From: Thermoanaerobaculia bacterium
Lineage (GTDB): Bacteria > Acidobacteriota > Thermoanaerobaculia > Multivoradales > Multivoraceae
Assembly (NCBI GenBank): GCA_963664405.1
Contig: OY761158.1
Span: 192,001-256,000 of the forward strand
DNA length: 64,000 nucleotides
Reading direction: 5' to 3'
Shown: positions 48,499 to 59,376 of the stretch, piece by piece
Position numbering within the stretch: the first letter of the stretch is position 1
Layout: the number at the start of each line of letters is the position of its first letter
Notes under the pieces: model-generated
The model's database searches: none
What the model was told of the DNA's origin: nothing
What the model saw: the letters and a program-made list of their open reading frames with translations, nothing else
Position numbers and translations under genes: made by a program

Positions 48499-49406
48499 AT
48501 CCACTCTCTTGGTTTCAAAAACTCGTCAGCGAAGCGGGCCTCGGGAGAGCCGGCCTCCGGCTCCCAGCCGTACTCCCAGCGCGCCAGCGGGGGTAGGGAC
48601 ATGAGAATCGACTCAGTGCGCCCACCGGATTGAAGCCCGAAACGGGTACCGCGGTCATGGAGGAGGTTGAACTCGACGTAACGGCCTCTCCGATAGAGCT
48701 GGAACTGACGCTCCCTTTCCCCGAAGGGCGCCTCACGGCGACGTGCAACGATCGGCAGGTAGGCAGGGCCGATGTGATCGCCAACGCTGCGATTGAAGGC
48801 GAAGCAGCGCTCGAAGCCCCACTCGTTGAGATCGTCGTAGAAGAGACCGCCAACGCCTCGGGTCTCCTCTCGATGAGGGAGATAGAAGTATTCGTCGCAC
48901 CACTTCTTGAAGCGGGCGTAGGTACCTAACGCAAAGCCCTCGCAGGCACTGCGAACAGTCCGGTGCCAATGGATCGCGTCCTCGTCGAAGCCGTAGTAGG
49001 GCGTCAGATCCATGCCACCCCCGAACCACCACACCGGCTCCTTTTCTGGAGCCTCGGCCACGAACACTCGGAGGTTGGCATGCATCGTTGGAACGAAGGG
49101 GTTCAAGGGGTGCAACACGAGGGATACTCCTGCCGCCCGAAACGATCTGCCGGCTAGCTCCGGGCGCTGAGCGCTCGCCGCGGCAGGCAGCTCATCACCG
49201 GTAATGTGCGAGAAGTTCACGCCGGCCTGTTCAAACAGCTTGCCGTCGCGTAGGACCCGTGTTCTCCCACCTCCGCCGCCGGGACGCTCCCAGAGCTCTT
49301 CCACAAAATGAGCCGAGCCATCGGCGTCCTCGAAAGCAGTGCACAACCGCTCCTGCAGGTCGCGGTAGTACTCGTCGACGACATCGATATCTACAGCCTC
49401 TACCAT
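48495..49406 (-). CDS. hemF: Oxygen-dependent coproporphyrinogen III oxidase
   Basis: [53 protein letters not shown]. Confidence 0.97.
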   Translation of the reverse strand: MVEAVDIDVVDEYYRDLQERLCTAFEDADGSAHFVEELWERPGGGGGRTRVLRDGKLFEQAGVNFSHITGDELPAAASAQRPELAGRSFRAAGVSLVLHPLNPFVPTMHANLRVFVAEAPEKEPVWWFGGGMDLTPYYGFDEDAIHWHRTVRSACEGFALGTYARFKKWCDEYFYLPHREETRGVGGLFYDDLNEWGFERCFAFNRSVGDHIGPAYLPIVARRREAPFGERERQFQLYRRGRYVEFNLLHDRGTRFGLQSGGRTESILMSLPPLARWEYGWEPEAGSPEARFADEFLKPREWI

Positions 49407-49427
49407 CACCCCTCCCGGCGCGGCAGT

Positions 49428-50537
49428 CTACTCGAATGTCGCTCGAGTCGCCCCACGCGAATACACCCGGCAGCCAGTCTGCTTGACCACGAAGAAAACC
49501 TCGCGCCCCACTTCGAGATCCAGCTCTTTACGGGCCTGCGGAGTCACCTCGGCGACCAGCTCCGGCCCCTCCGCTGCGACCGCCGCCAGCACCATTTCCA
49601 GCCCTTCGACCGACCGTACCGATCGAATTCGGCAGCGCAGGTAGTTCTGCGCTGATAGACCCCTGGGGCGCTCAACGGCCACCAGGATCTGCTGCGCGGG
49701 AACTCCCACCAGAACGCTCTCTCCTACTCCTTCCACAAAAGAAGGCACCTTCAACCGCACGCCGGCGCAGAGCTCAACTTCCCCCGCGCCCCCCTCGGCC
49801 GCACAGGCTGTACCTACGAGAAGATTCTCGAAACCTTCGTCGCGAACCAGAGGATGAACCCCCGGGTCGGTAAGGACATCGGCCACGGCCCCCTGCGCCA
49901 CCACCGCCCCTCGCCGCAACACCACTACCTCCTCACATAGCGCTTGAACCTCGAGTGGGTCGTGCGACACATGGAGAAAAGGAAGGTCGAGCTCGTCGCG
50001 CAGGCGGCGCAGAAAGGGCAGGATTCGCCGTCGCAGCGGAAGATCGAGAGACGCCAGGGGCTCATCGAGCACGAGCAGTCGGGGCGCGCTGCATACCGCC
50101 CTGGCAAGAGCCACCCGCTGCCGTTCACCCCCCGACAGCCCTCCGACACTGCGCTCTAGCAGACCCTCGATCTCGAGCAGCTGAGTGATCCGTCGCAGAA
50201 GATCACTGTCCGCCTCGGGGGCTCGCCCTCTCCGAGCCGAGCCGGACAACAGGTTGGCCCGCACATCGAGATGCGGGAAGAGCAATCCGTCCTGAGGCAC
50301 GTAACCCACCCGGCGCTCCTCCGGCGGCACGAAAAGCCCAGCGTCGGTGTCGAGCCAGATCTCGCCCTCGTAGACGACTCGGCCTTTCGCATCTCGGCGC
50401 AGACCGGCGATGACCTCGAGCAGACTCGTCTTCCCCGCGCCCGAGGCACCGAATATGCTGGTGAGCCGCCGATCGGCGCTAAACGAAACCTGAAGAGGAA
50501 AGGGGGCGAGCTCGAGGCGAATGTCGACCTGCAACAT
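49428..50537 (-). CDS. modC: Molybdate ABC ATPase
   Basis: GASGAGKT, LSGGERQRV, DEPLASLD, C-terminal TOBE. Confidence 0.92.
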   Translation of the reverse strand: MLQVDIRLELAPFPLQVSFSADRRLTSIFGASGAGKTSLLEVIAGLRRDAKGRVVYEGEIWLDTDAGLFVPPEERRVGYVPQDGLLFPHLDVRANLLSGSARRGRAPEADSDLLRRITQLLEIEGLLERSVGGLSGGERQRVALARAVCSAPRLLVLDEPLASLDLPLRRRILPFLRRLRDELDLPFLHVSHDPLEVQALCEEVVVLRRGAVVAQGAVADVLTDPGVHPLVRDEGFENLLVGTACAAEGGAGEVELCAGVRLKVPSFVEGVGESVLVGVPAQQILVAVERPRGLSAQNYLRCRIRSVRSVEGLEMVLAAVAAEGPELVAEVTPQARKELDLEVGREVFFVVKQTGCRVYSRGATRATFE

Positions 50538-50546
50538 CGACCACTC

Positions 50547-51230
50547 TCAGCGCAGACCGGAGCGCCGTACGCTCGGCACGCCGGCCAGCCTCTCCGAAGC
50601 AAATATCGCAACAAAACCGACAAGCACCGCTGCGATCAGGAGCAGTGTCGCCTCCCGATCGCGGCCACCTTGCTGTGCCGAGAAGATCGCGCCGGCCAGG
50701 GTACGCGTACGCCCCTGAATATTGCCGGCAACCATCACTGTGGCCCCGAACTCCCCCACCGCCCGCGTAAAGCCGAGAATCGCCGCTGCAAGAAGCCCGC
50801 GCCGCGCCATCGGCAAGGTAAAGCGAAAAAAGGCCGATACACCGCTGTGCCCCAGAGTACGGGCCATCTGCTCGAGGCGCGGATCGATCGCCTCGAAGGT
50901 GACGCGAGCGGTGCGCACGACCAGAGGAAGAGCCATTACCGAGCTTGCGAGAACCGCCCCCTTCCAGGTCAGGAGCAACCCTAGGTCCACTCCCAGCGTC
51001 GAGCGACCGAGGGGTCCCTCGCTGCCCAGCAGCCGCAACAGCAGAAGGCCCACCGCAGTAGGGGGTAAGACCAGAGGGAGACTGGTCAGGGCCACCAGTA
51101 CCGACCTTCCGTAGAAAGACCGTCGGGCCATGGCGTACGCGAGACCCGCACCGAGCGGCAACACCAGCAGAATTGAGACCGAGGCAACGAGGAGGGTCAG
51201 ACGGAGGGCGGAAAGGGCATCCGGCACCAC
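50547..51230 (-). CDS. modB: Molybdate ABC permease
   Basis: [29 protein letters not shown]. Confidence 0.93.
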   Translation of the reverse strand: MVPDALSALRLTLLVASVSILLVLPLGAGLAYAMARRSFYGRSVLVALTSLPLVLPPTAVGLLLLRLLGSEGPLGRSTLGVDLGLLLTWKGAVLASSVMALPLVVRTARVTFEAIDPRLEQMARTLGHSGVSAFFRFTLPMARRGLLAAAILGFTRAVGEFGATVMVAGNIQGRTRTLAGAIFSAQQGGRDREATLLLIAAVLVGFVAIFASERLAGVPSVRRSGLR

Positions 51231-51274
51231 CGCAGGATTCTGTCACGTGAGAGTCTGTCGAGACAGAGTCTTCG

Positions 51275-52117
51275 TTACAGGGGCTCGAAGCCCCAGGATC
51301 GAAAGATCTCGGTAGCCACCGGCCCGACCAGGAACGAGAGAAAGACCTCCGCGGGCCCTGAGTTGCTCTGCCCACCCTGAACCAGCGCCGCCGGATAGCG
51401 GATTGGCGCGCCACGCGAACGGGGAAACTCGAAAACCAGCCTGACCTTCGACTGCCGATGCACATCCGTCCTATAAACGATTCCGACCGCACGCGGCTCT
51501 TGCTCCACCAGGCCGAGAGCCGCGCGTACGTCGACCGCCGGGACCACAAACTCCTCGATCTTGCTCCAGAGATCCCCATCCCCGACTCGGACACTTTCCA
51601 GAACCGCCCTGGCGTAGCGCCCCACCGGTACGGCATCGGGGTCGCCCATTGAGAGATGATGAAAGTCCCCGCCTGCAAGGTCCTCGAGGCGCTCCATCGA
51701 GAATCTACTGTCGGGGTGGGCAACAACCACTAAGCGATTGCCGCATAGATCCAGTCGCGTCCCCGGCACCAGCCGGTTCTCTTCGTCGACGAAGTCCATC
51801 CAAAATTCGTCGGCCGAGATGAAGAGGTCGGCCCGGCCGCCGGCCCGGAGTTGCTGCGCGAGGGCGTTGGAGGCCGCAAAGTTGAAAGTGATCGGCAGTC
51901 CGCCCGACTCACCAAAGGCCTCGGCAACCTCCACCAGCGCCCCCTCGAGGCTCGCCGCGGCAAACACCACCAGCTCCTCTTCCTGCTCACCAGCTCCACC
52001 ACATCCGAAGGAAACCAAGAGCAGGGCTACGAGTGCCGCTCTTTCGCCACGCAGCCGCGAGCGACCGGCTGCCCGCAACCGCCTCCTTTCGCCTGGCAAG
52101 CGAAGCGGAGATGCCAT
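51275..52117 (-). CDS. modA: Molybdate-binding lipoprotein
   Basis: FAAASL, NFAAS..LA.Q, GDP..VPVG.YA, VYRTD; start uncertain. Confidence 0.9.
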   Translation of the reverse strand: MASPLRLPGERRRLRAAGRSRLRGERAALVALLLVSFGCGGAGEQEEELVVFAAASLEGALVEVAEAFGESGGLPITFNFAASNALAQQLRAGGRADLFISADEFWMDFVDEENRLVPGTRLDLCGNRLVVVAHPDSRFSMERLEDLAGGDFHHLSMGDPDAVPVGRYARAVLESVRVGDGDLWSKIEEFVVPAVDVRAALGLVEQEPRAVGIVYRTDVHRQSKVRLVFEFPRSRGAPIRYPAALVQGGQSNSGPAEVFLSFLVGPVATEIFRSWGFEPL

Positions 52118-52233
52118 CCGGGCCGTCCGCGCCTCGCACCACATCGGCACCACTCTATCGAACGCAGCCGAGGCGAGATAACTCCGGTGCCCATCTCCTA
52201 TACTTCGATCTCGTCTCCAGATCGGACCCAGGC

Positions 52234-53007
52234 TTGGCACCAACGACAGACATCGAGAAGGGAGCCGGGAAGCTGCTGTTGCAGTTTTCCGATCGCGAGG
52301 AGATCGACGCATTCTTCCTCAAAGCCAGCGAGGACCAGGCCTTTTTTCTCGACCTCGACGAAGAACCCGACCAGTTCCAAAGCTTTCGTTGTACCGCAAT
52401 CGGGCCCGGCGGGTTCCACTTCGGCTTCGATGCCGAGGTCATCCAAATCTTTCCCAGCCCCAACGGAGCCGGGGCGACGTTCGAGCTTCGTAAATGGAGC
52501 GAAGGAAACCTCAAAGAAATCGAGCGCCGCCTGGGCACCGGCAGCGACGAGGAAGAGGAAGACAAGAGACATCCATCGGACGTCTCGCCGATTCATCGGC
52601 TGCGCAAGATGAATCCCAACCAGCGCTTCCGACTGGCGATGAAAGCTAGCCGAGTCGAGCGGGGCATCCTGGTGCGGGACACCAATCCAGAGGTGCTCGC
52701 CGGCCTTCTTTCCCACCCACGGATCGAAGAGAAGGAGATCCACGAGATCCTCACGTCACCGTACGCCTCGGGAGCTATCTTCAAACGCGTGGCAGACAAC
52801 CGTAAGTGGATGCACAACGCCGACATTCGCTTGGCGGTGGTGAAGAGCCCGAAGACTCCCATGCCGCTCGCGATCAAGCACCTGGCAACCCTACGCACCA
52901 GCGAGCTCAGGGTTCTTGCCAAGATGGGCAACGCTCGCGAGGCGTTGCGAAAAGAGGCGTTGAAGATCTATCTGAAGCGCACCGGCGGTATGGGCCGGGG
53001 CATGTGA
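52234..53007 (+). CDS. Hypothetical protein: beta-rich (PilZ-like?) N-domain plus helical C-domain
   Basis: TATACT at 52199; TTG start; C-domain 'R.ILVRD.NP.V...LL..P.I...E', 'V.SPKTP..LA'. Confidence 0.7.
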   Translation: MAPTTDIEKGAGKLLLQFSDREEIDAFFLKASEDQAFFLDLDEEPDQFQSFRCTAIGPGGFHFGFDAEVIQIFPSPNGAGATFELRKWSEGNLKEIERRLGTGSDEEEEDKRHPSDVSPIHRLRKMNPNQRFRLAMKASRVERGILVRDTNPEVLAGLLSHPRIEEKEIHEILTSPYASGAIFKRVADNRKWMHNADIRLAVVKSPKTPMPLAIKHLATLRTSELRVLAKMGNAREALRKEALKIYLKRTGGMGRGM

Positions 53008-53029
53008 CCTTGGCGCCTCACGAGCGAGC

Positions 53030-56000
53030 TCAGTCGCCCTTGAGAGCCGGCAGGAGAGGCGCCGCGAGCGCCTGACGGACCGCGGCGCTCGACGCCAGGA
53101 GGCCCAAGGCCACGATCACCAGCAGGGTGAGCAGAAGCGAGCCCCAAGGCACGAGCGCATTACCGGCCACAAGATGGGGAGACACGGCAAGAAGCGCCGC
53201 GAGTGAGCCAATCAACACCCCGAAGACCAGCAGCACCGCGTTCTCCGCAACAACCAGCCATGCCAAGCCGCGACGATGAAAGCCGAGGGCGCGCAAGGTA
53301 GCGAGCTCGCCACGGCGCTCGAGCACGTTTCTCAGCAGAACGGCCGCCAAGCCGACGGTGCCGAGAAGAAGTCCGAGCCCCCCCAGGGTCTGAAACGTCG
53401 CCAGATAGGTATTGAAGACGGCCTGATACCGCTGCAGCTTCTCCGCCGTCGGAGTGACATCGAAGCCGTAGGCGCTCAAGGATCCTTCGAGGAGACCGGC
53501 AAGCTCGTCCTCCCTCCCCGCAGGAGGATCCATCAAGAAATAGGAGTGCCCGGTGCGACTCGGAAAGTGTCGCTTGAAGTTCTCCTCGGAGATCAGCATC
53601 TCGCTCTGAAAAAGGCTCTTCTCGAGGAGGCCGACGAGACGGATGCGGACCGGCTCTCCCCGATCATTCTCGACGATCAACTCCTCGCCCAAGCCGAGCT
53701 TCAAGATCCAGGTCATCGACTCGAAGTCTCCGAAGGCCGGAACGACGTCGGCGCTCTCCGCTGTCAGCAGCGACCACGGATCTTCGCTTTCCTCGATCAA
53801 CTGCTGGAAACGAAACCCACCTCGGTCGATCTGCTCTTCGGGAACACCAAGGATCCGGGGACTCTCCGGCTGATAGAGGTTGAGACAACTCACATCATCG
53901 CCCGGGAGTAGACGGAAGGCCGTAACGGCGGTGCTCGCCAGAAGATCTCGGGTTGCCGCCGACAAACCGAGCTCGAAGCCGGCATCCGCAGCCATGAGAT
54001 CCTGGTGCAGCGGAATGGCCGCTTCCGCCACCAGTGTGTACCCCCCGGCAGCGGAGCTCAGCTCCCCCACCTCCTCGCCGTAGCGAAATCCGTTGGCCGC
54101 CACCGCAACGATGACAAAGGCGGCCGAGCTCACCAACGCCGCCGAGAGCAAGCTGCGCCCTGGGCTCGCGGCCGCGTTCCGTGCAGCCATCGACAGATAG
54201 GCTTGGTGATCGGGGCGCAAGGTCCGGCGAGGCCTGGCCAGCTGCAACGAGAACACCGCCAGCCCGGCGACTAGGAGGCAGCTGCCGGCGCCAAAAAAGA
54301 GCGCAGGGGACGAGCCCTCGCCGAAAGCCACGCCGGTCGCCACCAAGCCCACGCCAGCGACCGTGGCTACGACAAACACCCAGCGCGCTCTACTGCCCGA
54401 CTCTCTTACCCCGCGAGGGGCGCGCGTCACTCCTCGGAGCAGTCCGATCAGGCTGAGCTTGGCCAACCGCCGCAGCGACAACGAGATCGACAGGAGAATC
54501 ACTAGAAAAGCGATCACCCCTCCGACCATCAAGCTCAGACTCTCGACATGGAGAGACAGATAGGGAGTGCCCACCGCTGCCCGCCACAAGCTTCGCAGAG
54601 CCGCCATCATCGCGGCCCCATAGAAGACAGCACCGACACTCCCGGCCAGAACTCCCACCAATGCCAAGGTGGCACCCTCGGCGAGAAACCTTCTGCGTAC
54701 CGACTTGAGGGCAAAGCCCATTGCCAGCAGTAAACCGATCTCTTGTGCTCTTCGCTCGACACCGAGAGTAAAGAAGAGGGAGACCAAGAGCGCCGCCGAC
54801 ACGATCAGGAACATGCTGAAGCCAAGAAACAATCCGCGGAAGTCGGTCGCGCCCGAAGCGGCCGCGAGGCCCCGCTCTCTCACGCCCTCGAAACGGAGAC
54901 CCAAACGACTCGGCTCGACTCCACTTGGAAGGCCCCTGCGCACACTCTCAGCCAGGGCGGACACTCCCTCTGAGCCAAGTGCCGCCTGCTCAGAAGCGGG
55001 TGAAAGCCGAATCCCGGTGAAGCGCCCGAAACGTGTAGACCAGAGCTCCGCACCTGTCGCTTCGGCGAAAAAGACCTTCGGTGTAGCTCCGTAGAGGTCC
55101 CAATACTCCTCGTCGCGGGTGCGAATCTTTTCGAGGTCCACAGGAAAGGGCGGCGCCCAATCGGCCATATTGTCGGCGTCGTGAATCCCCGGAAAATCAG
55201 GTGTCAGGCGACGGTCCGCCCACAACCCCGCCAGTGCGACGACTCCGCGTACGCGAAAGCTCCGGCTCCGCGTAATCAGCTCTTCCTTCGCACCTACCTC
55301 GAAGTAGGTCATTGCCAATTCGTCGCCTGCGCCCGCCTGAAGATCCTCTGCCAGCCACTCGTTGATGAGTACTTCGTATGCCGCCAACGCCGGCGCCGCT
55401 CCACCGTCGATCAGGGAAAGAGGGCCAAAGGGCGCAGCGACCGCGGTGTCAAAGGCAGTGATCGCCGAGTAGGGAACCGTTGTGCCGCCGACCTGGAGCT
55501 CGTTGGCGATATAGGTGGAGATGCGAAGCGAGGGCGCTCCGATGCGAGCGGCAAACGCTATGACCTCTTCCGCGAGAGGCGGTGAGAAAATATGGTCCCG
55601 GCTCTCCAATCCGACGAAACCGGCACCTTCGCTCAGCTCGAGGCCGAGATCCTCGAGTGCGAGAACCTTCTGCAACCCTGCTTCCAGATCTACAGGGTCT
55701 GCAGGATCGCTCTGTCCACTCGACAACTGCAGAAGGAGCGCGTTCACTCGACCCGGCTGATCCAAGGCCGCCTGCAGGACCTCGAGATCGACGAATGCCA
55801 CCAGAGGGAGGCTCTGGTCGGGCTGAAGGCTGAAGCGCCCCAGCCCGGTGTCGGGCAAGACTCCTGACAAGGTCAATCGCAGCTCGCGCACGACATCGCC
55901 GGTCTCGCCCGAGCCCAGAAGTGTCTCGCGGGGGGCTTGGCCCGGGCGCGCCAGAGACAGCAAAAGCGAATCTCCGATCTCGGCACCGAGCTCACGCTGC

Positions 56001-56413
56001 AGCGCCTGATTCACAACCACTTTCGGCGCACCGGATGGGCTCGCTGCCAGATCGAGAGGCGCTCCGGGATAAAGGGCGACAAAATCGCTGTCGACGCCTT
56101 GAATACCCACGCCGGAAGCGCGTGCGCCGCTGACTGCGTGGCGAGCGCCGCCCGCAAGAATGATCGCCGCGCTCGCCCGCTCGACCGCATCGCCGAGCTC
56201 GGCCTCCAACAGTGGAGCGAGCTCGGCGCGGACGAAGATCGGGCTCTGCAAGGCGTAGTCGATGAGGCCGAGTCTCTCGACAGTGAGATCGTGCAGGCTT
56301 CCCCTCACCGAGTCGCCAACGATCAGGGCTCCGGTCAGAACCGCGGTCGCGACCGCGCAGGAAAGGATGACCGCAAGATTCTGCCGCCAGTAGTAGCTCA
56401 GGCCTCGGAGCAC
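53030..56413 (-). CDS. Large duplicated FtsX/MacB-like ABC permease
   Basis: 1127 aa; AVLTGALIVGDSVRGSL; two FtsX units (ERR..EIGLL.A.GF; ERRGELATLRALGF). Confidence 0.88.
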   Translation of the reverse strand: MLRGLSYYWRQNLAVILSCAVATAVLTGALIVGDSVRGSLHDLTVERLGLIDYALQSPIFVRAELAPLLEAELGDAVERASAAIILAGGARHAVSGARASGVGIQGVDSDFVALYPGAPLDLAASPSGAPKVVVNQALQRELGAEIGDSLLLSLARPGQAPRETLLGSGETGDVVRELRLTLSGVLPDTGLGRFSLQPDQSLPLVAFVDLEVLQAALDQPGRVNALLLQLSSGQSDPADPVDLEAGLQKVLALEDLGLELSEGAGFVGLESRDHIFSPPLAEEVIAFAARIGAPSLRISTYIANELQVGGTTVPYSAITAFDTAVAAPFGPLSLIDGGAAPALAAYEVLINEWLAEDLQAGAGDELAMTYFEVGAKEELITRSRSFRVRGVVALAGLWADRRLTPDFPGIHDADNMADWAPPFPVDLEKIRTRDEEYWDLYGATPKVFFAEATGAELWSTRFGRFTGIRLSPASEQAALGSEGVSALAESVRRGLPSGVEPSRLGLRFEGVRERGLAAASGATDFRGLFLGFSMFLIVSAALLVSLFFTLGVERRAQEIGLLLAMGFALKSVRRRFLAEGATLALVGVLAGSVGAVFYGAAMMAALRSLWRAAVGTPYLSLHVESLSLMVGGVIAFLVILLSISLSLRRLAKLSLIGLLRGVTRAPRGVRESGSRARWVFVVATVAGVGLVATGVAFGEGSSPALFFGAGSCLLVAGLAVFSLQLARPRRTLRPDHQAYLSMAARNAAASPGRSLLSAALVSSAAFVIVAVAANGFRYGEEVGELSSAAGGYTLVAEAAIPLHQDLMAADAGFELGLSAATRDLLASTAVTAFRLLPGDDVSCLNLYQPESPRILGVPEEQIDRGGFRFQQLIEESEDPWSLLTAESADVVPAFGDFESMTWILKLGLGEELIVENDRGEPVRIRLVGLLEKSLFQSEMLISEENFKRHFPSRTGHSYFLMDPPAGREDELAGLLEGSLSAYGFDVTPTAEKLQRYQAVFNTYLATFQTLGGLGLLLGTVGLAAVLLRNVLERRGELATLRALGFHRRGLAWLVVAENAVLLVFGVLIGSLAALLAVSPHLVAGNALVPWGSLLLTLLVIVALGLLASSAAVRQALAAPLLPALKGD

Positions 56414-57087
56414 AGCCCCTCCCGCAGCTCGCAGCGGCGAGGAAAGCGATCGGCAAGCTCTAGGCTGTGAGTTACGGCAATGAGAATATTTTGGAAGCGC
56501 TCATGAAGCTCGAAGAGCAGAGCGGCAACCGAGCGTGCCGTCGTCTGATCGAGATTGCCGGTCGGTTCATCGCAGAGGAGAAGGACCGGAGACAGGACCA
56601 GCGCCCGGGCGACCGCAACTCGCTGCGCCTCACCACCCGAGAGCTCTGCCGGGCGATGATCCAGCCGTCCCTCGAGTCCCACTCGTTGGAGCAGATCTCG
56701 GGCGCGGTCCTCGGCCCCAGCGCCTCCGGCGCCCGGAACCAAGGACGGTAGCAAGACATTCTCTAGCACCGTGTACTGCGGGAGAAGATGATGATCTTGA
56801 AAAATGAAGCCCACATTGCGATTGCGAAAGGCCGCCAGCTCCGGCTCGGGTAGCTCGTGAGGGCACTCCCCTCCCAGCTCGATGCGGCCCGAGGAAGGGC
56901 GATCCAAAGTCCCGATCAGATGGAGAAGCGTACTCTTCCCCGAGCCGGAAGGCCCGGTCACAGCCATCGACTCGCCCTGGCTCATCTCCAGGGAGATCCC
57001 TTTGAGCACCTCCAGGCTGTTCTTGCCCGAGTCGAAGCGCTTACGTACGTCGACGAGCGTCAGAGCTCTCGAATCGGGGGTCGCCAT
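56398..57087 (-). CDS. LolD/MacB-like ABC ATPase
   Basis: GPSGSGKSTLL, LSGGE.QRV, DEPTGNLD, VTH. Confidence 0.93.
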   Translation of the reverse strand: MATPDSRALTLVDVRKRFDSGKNSLEVLKGISLEMSQGESMAVTGPSGSGKSTLLHLIGTLDRPSSGRIELGGECPHELPEPELAAFRNRNVGFIFQDHHLLPQYTVLENVLLPSLVPGAGGAGAEDRARDLLQRVGLEGRLDHRPAELSGGEAQRVAVARALVLSPVLLLCDEPTGNLDQTTARSVAALLFELHERFQNILIAVTHSLELADRFPRRCELREGLCSEA

Positions 57088-57524
57088 TTCGCTCTCTCCT
57101 CGGCCGGCGCCTCGGTGATCCGGGCGGCCAGCTGTTCGGGAATGTCGGTAGACTCGAGACTTCCATCGCTGCTCAAGATACAACAAACCGAAGAGCTCTG
57201 GCCGCGGGCCACCTGCCGGCCGCGATGCTGGAACTCGCAGCCGTAGGTCAGAGACCTTCGACCCTTGCGAAGCACCAGGAGACGGATATCGAGCTCATCC
57301 TCGAAGTGAACCGGGGCGACGAACTCACAGCCCACCGCGAGCCGTGGCCAGCCCAATCGCTGCCCATCCTCCCTTAGGGCAACACTCGACCCCCGGTCGG
57401 CGAGAAAGCGATGCTCGGCAGTCTCCATGAAGATGAAGAAGCGCGAGAAGTGGATGAGCCCTTCCATATCCGTATCGGAGAACTCGATGGCTCTGCTGGT
57501 CCGGTACTCGAAAACTGGCTTCAT
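57060..57524 (-). CDS. Acyl-CoA thioesterase (4HBT/YbgC-like)
   Basis: F.DTD..G..HF..FF..ME.AE hotdog motif. Confidence 0.85.
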   Translation of the reverse strand: MKPVFEYRTSRAIEFSDTDMEGLIHFSRFFIFMETAEHRFLADRGSSVALREDGQRLGWPRLAVGCEFVAPVHFEDELDIRLLVLRKGRRSLTYGCEFQHRGRQVARGQSSSVCCILSSDGSLESTDIPEQLAARITEAPAEERAKWRPPIREL

Positions 57525-58858
57525 GATGTGGAGAGGCTCGCCCCTCTCTGTCCTCCGTCGGAAAGTAGCTCTTGGTAGATCGTTTCGGTTCGCGCTGCCA
57601 GGGCGTCGGCGGTGAACTTTTCTCGAACGGTATCCTGCCCACGGCGACCCAGAACCTCGCGCCTTTCCGGGTCCAAGAGGAGAGTCTCCAGCCCGTCAGC
57701 TAGCGCCTCGTGAGAGCCAGGCTCGACCAGCAAGCCGCCTCCGAGATCTTCGATCAATTCAGGGAAGGCGCCGTGAGCCGGCAGCACCACCGGCACCGCA
57801 TTGGCGAGGGCTTCCAACACGAACAGACCCTTTGGCTCCTCGTAGACCGTGGGGACCGAGAGGACGTCGAGGCCGCCGAGAAAGGCGATCTTCTCCGAGC
57901 GGCTCACCTCCCCAAGGTACTCGAAGCGATTCTCCAGCCCCCACTCGCTGACTCGTCTCAATTGCTCCTTCAAGTACTTGCGATCCCGCCCCCCGAGATA
58001 CCCCGCAACGCGCAGCCGGAGGTCCGCCTCCGGAGCTCTCTCGCACAGAATCCGAAAGGCCGAGAGAAGGTCGTGAAGCCCCTTCTCGGGACAGATACGG
58101 GCGAGGAACCCAACCACGAGAGGAGCTCCCGATGGCCGTGGCCGAAGCGGCCGATTGTCACTGCCGTGGCCATCGAGATTGATGCCGATCCGAGCTACCG
58201 AAATCTGCTCGAGAGGAACGTCCAGATACTCGGCCATATGCCTGGCATAGTAGTCGCTCGTCGACACCAGCCGATCCACCTCGCGCGCTCGCTGCTGGAG
58301 AATTTGATGAGCCCGCTCCCTATACTCCGGTTGGAGATCTTGTAGAAAGATGTCCTCACCCTGGAGGCTGCACACCACCGGCACTCCCAAGCGGCTCTTC
58401 AAACGAGGTGCCATACCCAGCAGCATCGAGTTGGTGAGATGGACGATCTCGGGCTGAAATTCCGTCGCCAGCCAATCCTCGAGCTCCTGCAGATCACGAG
58501 CCTGGCGGCCCTCTTCGCCTTTCAGCATCGAAACGGTCAGCTCGCCGAGAGACTTGGCGTTAACGGCGCTCGAAGAGGCGGCGATACGACGAAGCAAAGA
58601 GGGACGAGCCAGCCACCCGTGGGCCGCCTGCGGCAGATAGCGAAACCAGGGGACCTTCTGCTCCAGATAGATGCTGATGGCGCCATAGAACACCTTGGTG
58701 CTTGCGACACTCTCCTCGTCGGTGCGCAGCGGGGTGTAGATCGGCATCAGCAGCGCGTCGTGCCCCCTCTTCTGCAGGGCGCCGGCCAGCGCGTTGTCCT
58801 GTATGCAGCTGCCGCAGACCATACTGCCGGCGCCGGCGGTGATATAGGCGATCTTCAC
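57521..58858 (-). CDS. GT4 glycosyltransferase with an N-terminal CGSC motif
   Basis: AGAG.M.CGSC..DN; RICPEKG; EPKGLFVLEALA. Confidence 0.88.
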   Translation of the reverse strand: MKIAYITAGAGSMVCGSCIQDNALAGALQKRGHDALLMPIYTPLRTDEESVASTKVFYGAISIYLEQKVPWFRYLPQAAHGWLARPSLLRRIAASSSAVNAKSLGELTVSMLKGEEGRQARDLQELEDWLATEFQPEIVHLTNSMLLGMAPRLKSRLGVPVVCSLQGEDIFLQDLQPEYRERAHQILQQRAREVDRLVSTSDYYARHMAEYLDVPLEQISVARIGINLDGHGSDNRPLRPRPSGAPLVVGFLARICPEKGLHDLLSAFRILCERAPEADLRLRVAGYLGGRDRKYLKEQLRRVSEWGLENRFEYLGEVSRSEKIAFLGGLDVLSVPTVYEEPKGLFVLEALANAVPVVLPAHGAFPELIEDLGGGLLVEPGSHEALADGLETLLLDPERREVLGRRGQDTVREKFTADALAARTETIYQELLSDGGQRGASLSTS

Positions 58859-58974
58859 GGTCCGACACACTTGGGGGCTTGCACTGGGCGGCCTGCAAAA
58901 GCGGCGAAGGAGTACATCACGAGACCGAAGATACTACGCCGCCTGAAGGTTCGGCACGCGCTCCCCGTCGTCGA

Positions 58975-59376
58975 CTACCCTGGCAAGAGATCGAAGCCCT
59001 GCCGCGCGAAGTCTTCGTCCAGGGCCAGGGCCTCGCGGAGCCCATTGCGCCGCATCAGCTCGAAGCTGGTGCAGTCGACAAACGAGAGCCGGCGGCGAGC
59101 GGCTACGAAGAGAGCCGCGACGGCGGCCGAGTGCAGCTCCTCGTCGATCCAGAGGGGCGTCATCAATGGGACGAGAACATTAGCAAGACCGCGCAGAGCG
59201 TCCAGGCCGAGTCGTCGCTGCACCAGGGCGAAAGTCTCCACCAGCACGTAGTTGGAAGTGAACATCACTCTCTCCTCGGCGATCGCGAGATCCCAGGCCA
59301 TGACGACCTCGGAGTGTCTGGGTTGGTCGGCGTCGAGGAAGGCGAGCACGGCCGATGTATCGACGAAGAGGCTCAC
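58975..59376 (-). CDS. vapC: PIN-domain toxin
   Basis: FVDTSA, NYVL.ET, SFVDC.SF..M, D.DF...GF. Confidence 0.9.
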   Translation of the reverse strand: MSLFVDTSAVLAFLDADQPRHSEVVMAWDLAIAEERVMFTSNYVLVETFALVQRRLGLDALRGLANVLVPLMTPLWIDEELHSAAVAALFVAARRRLSFVDCTSFELMRRNGLREALALDEDFARQGFDLLPG

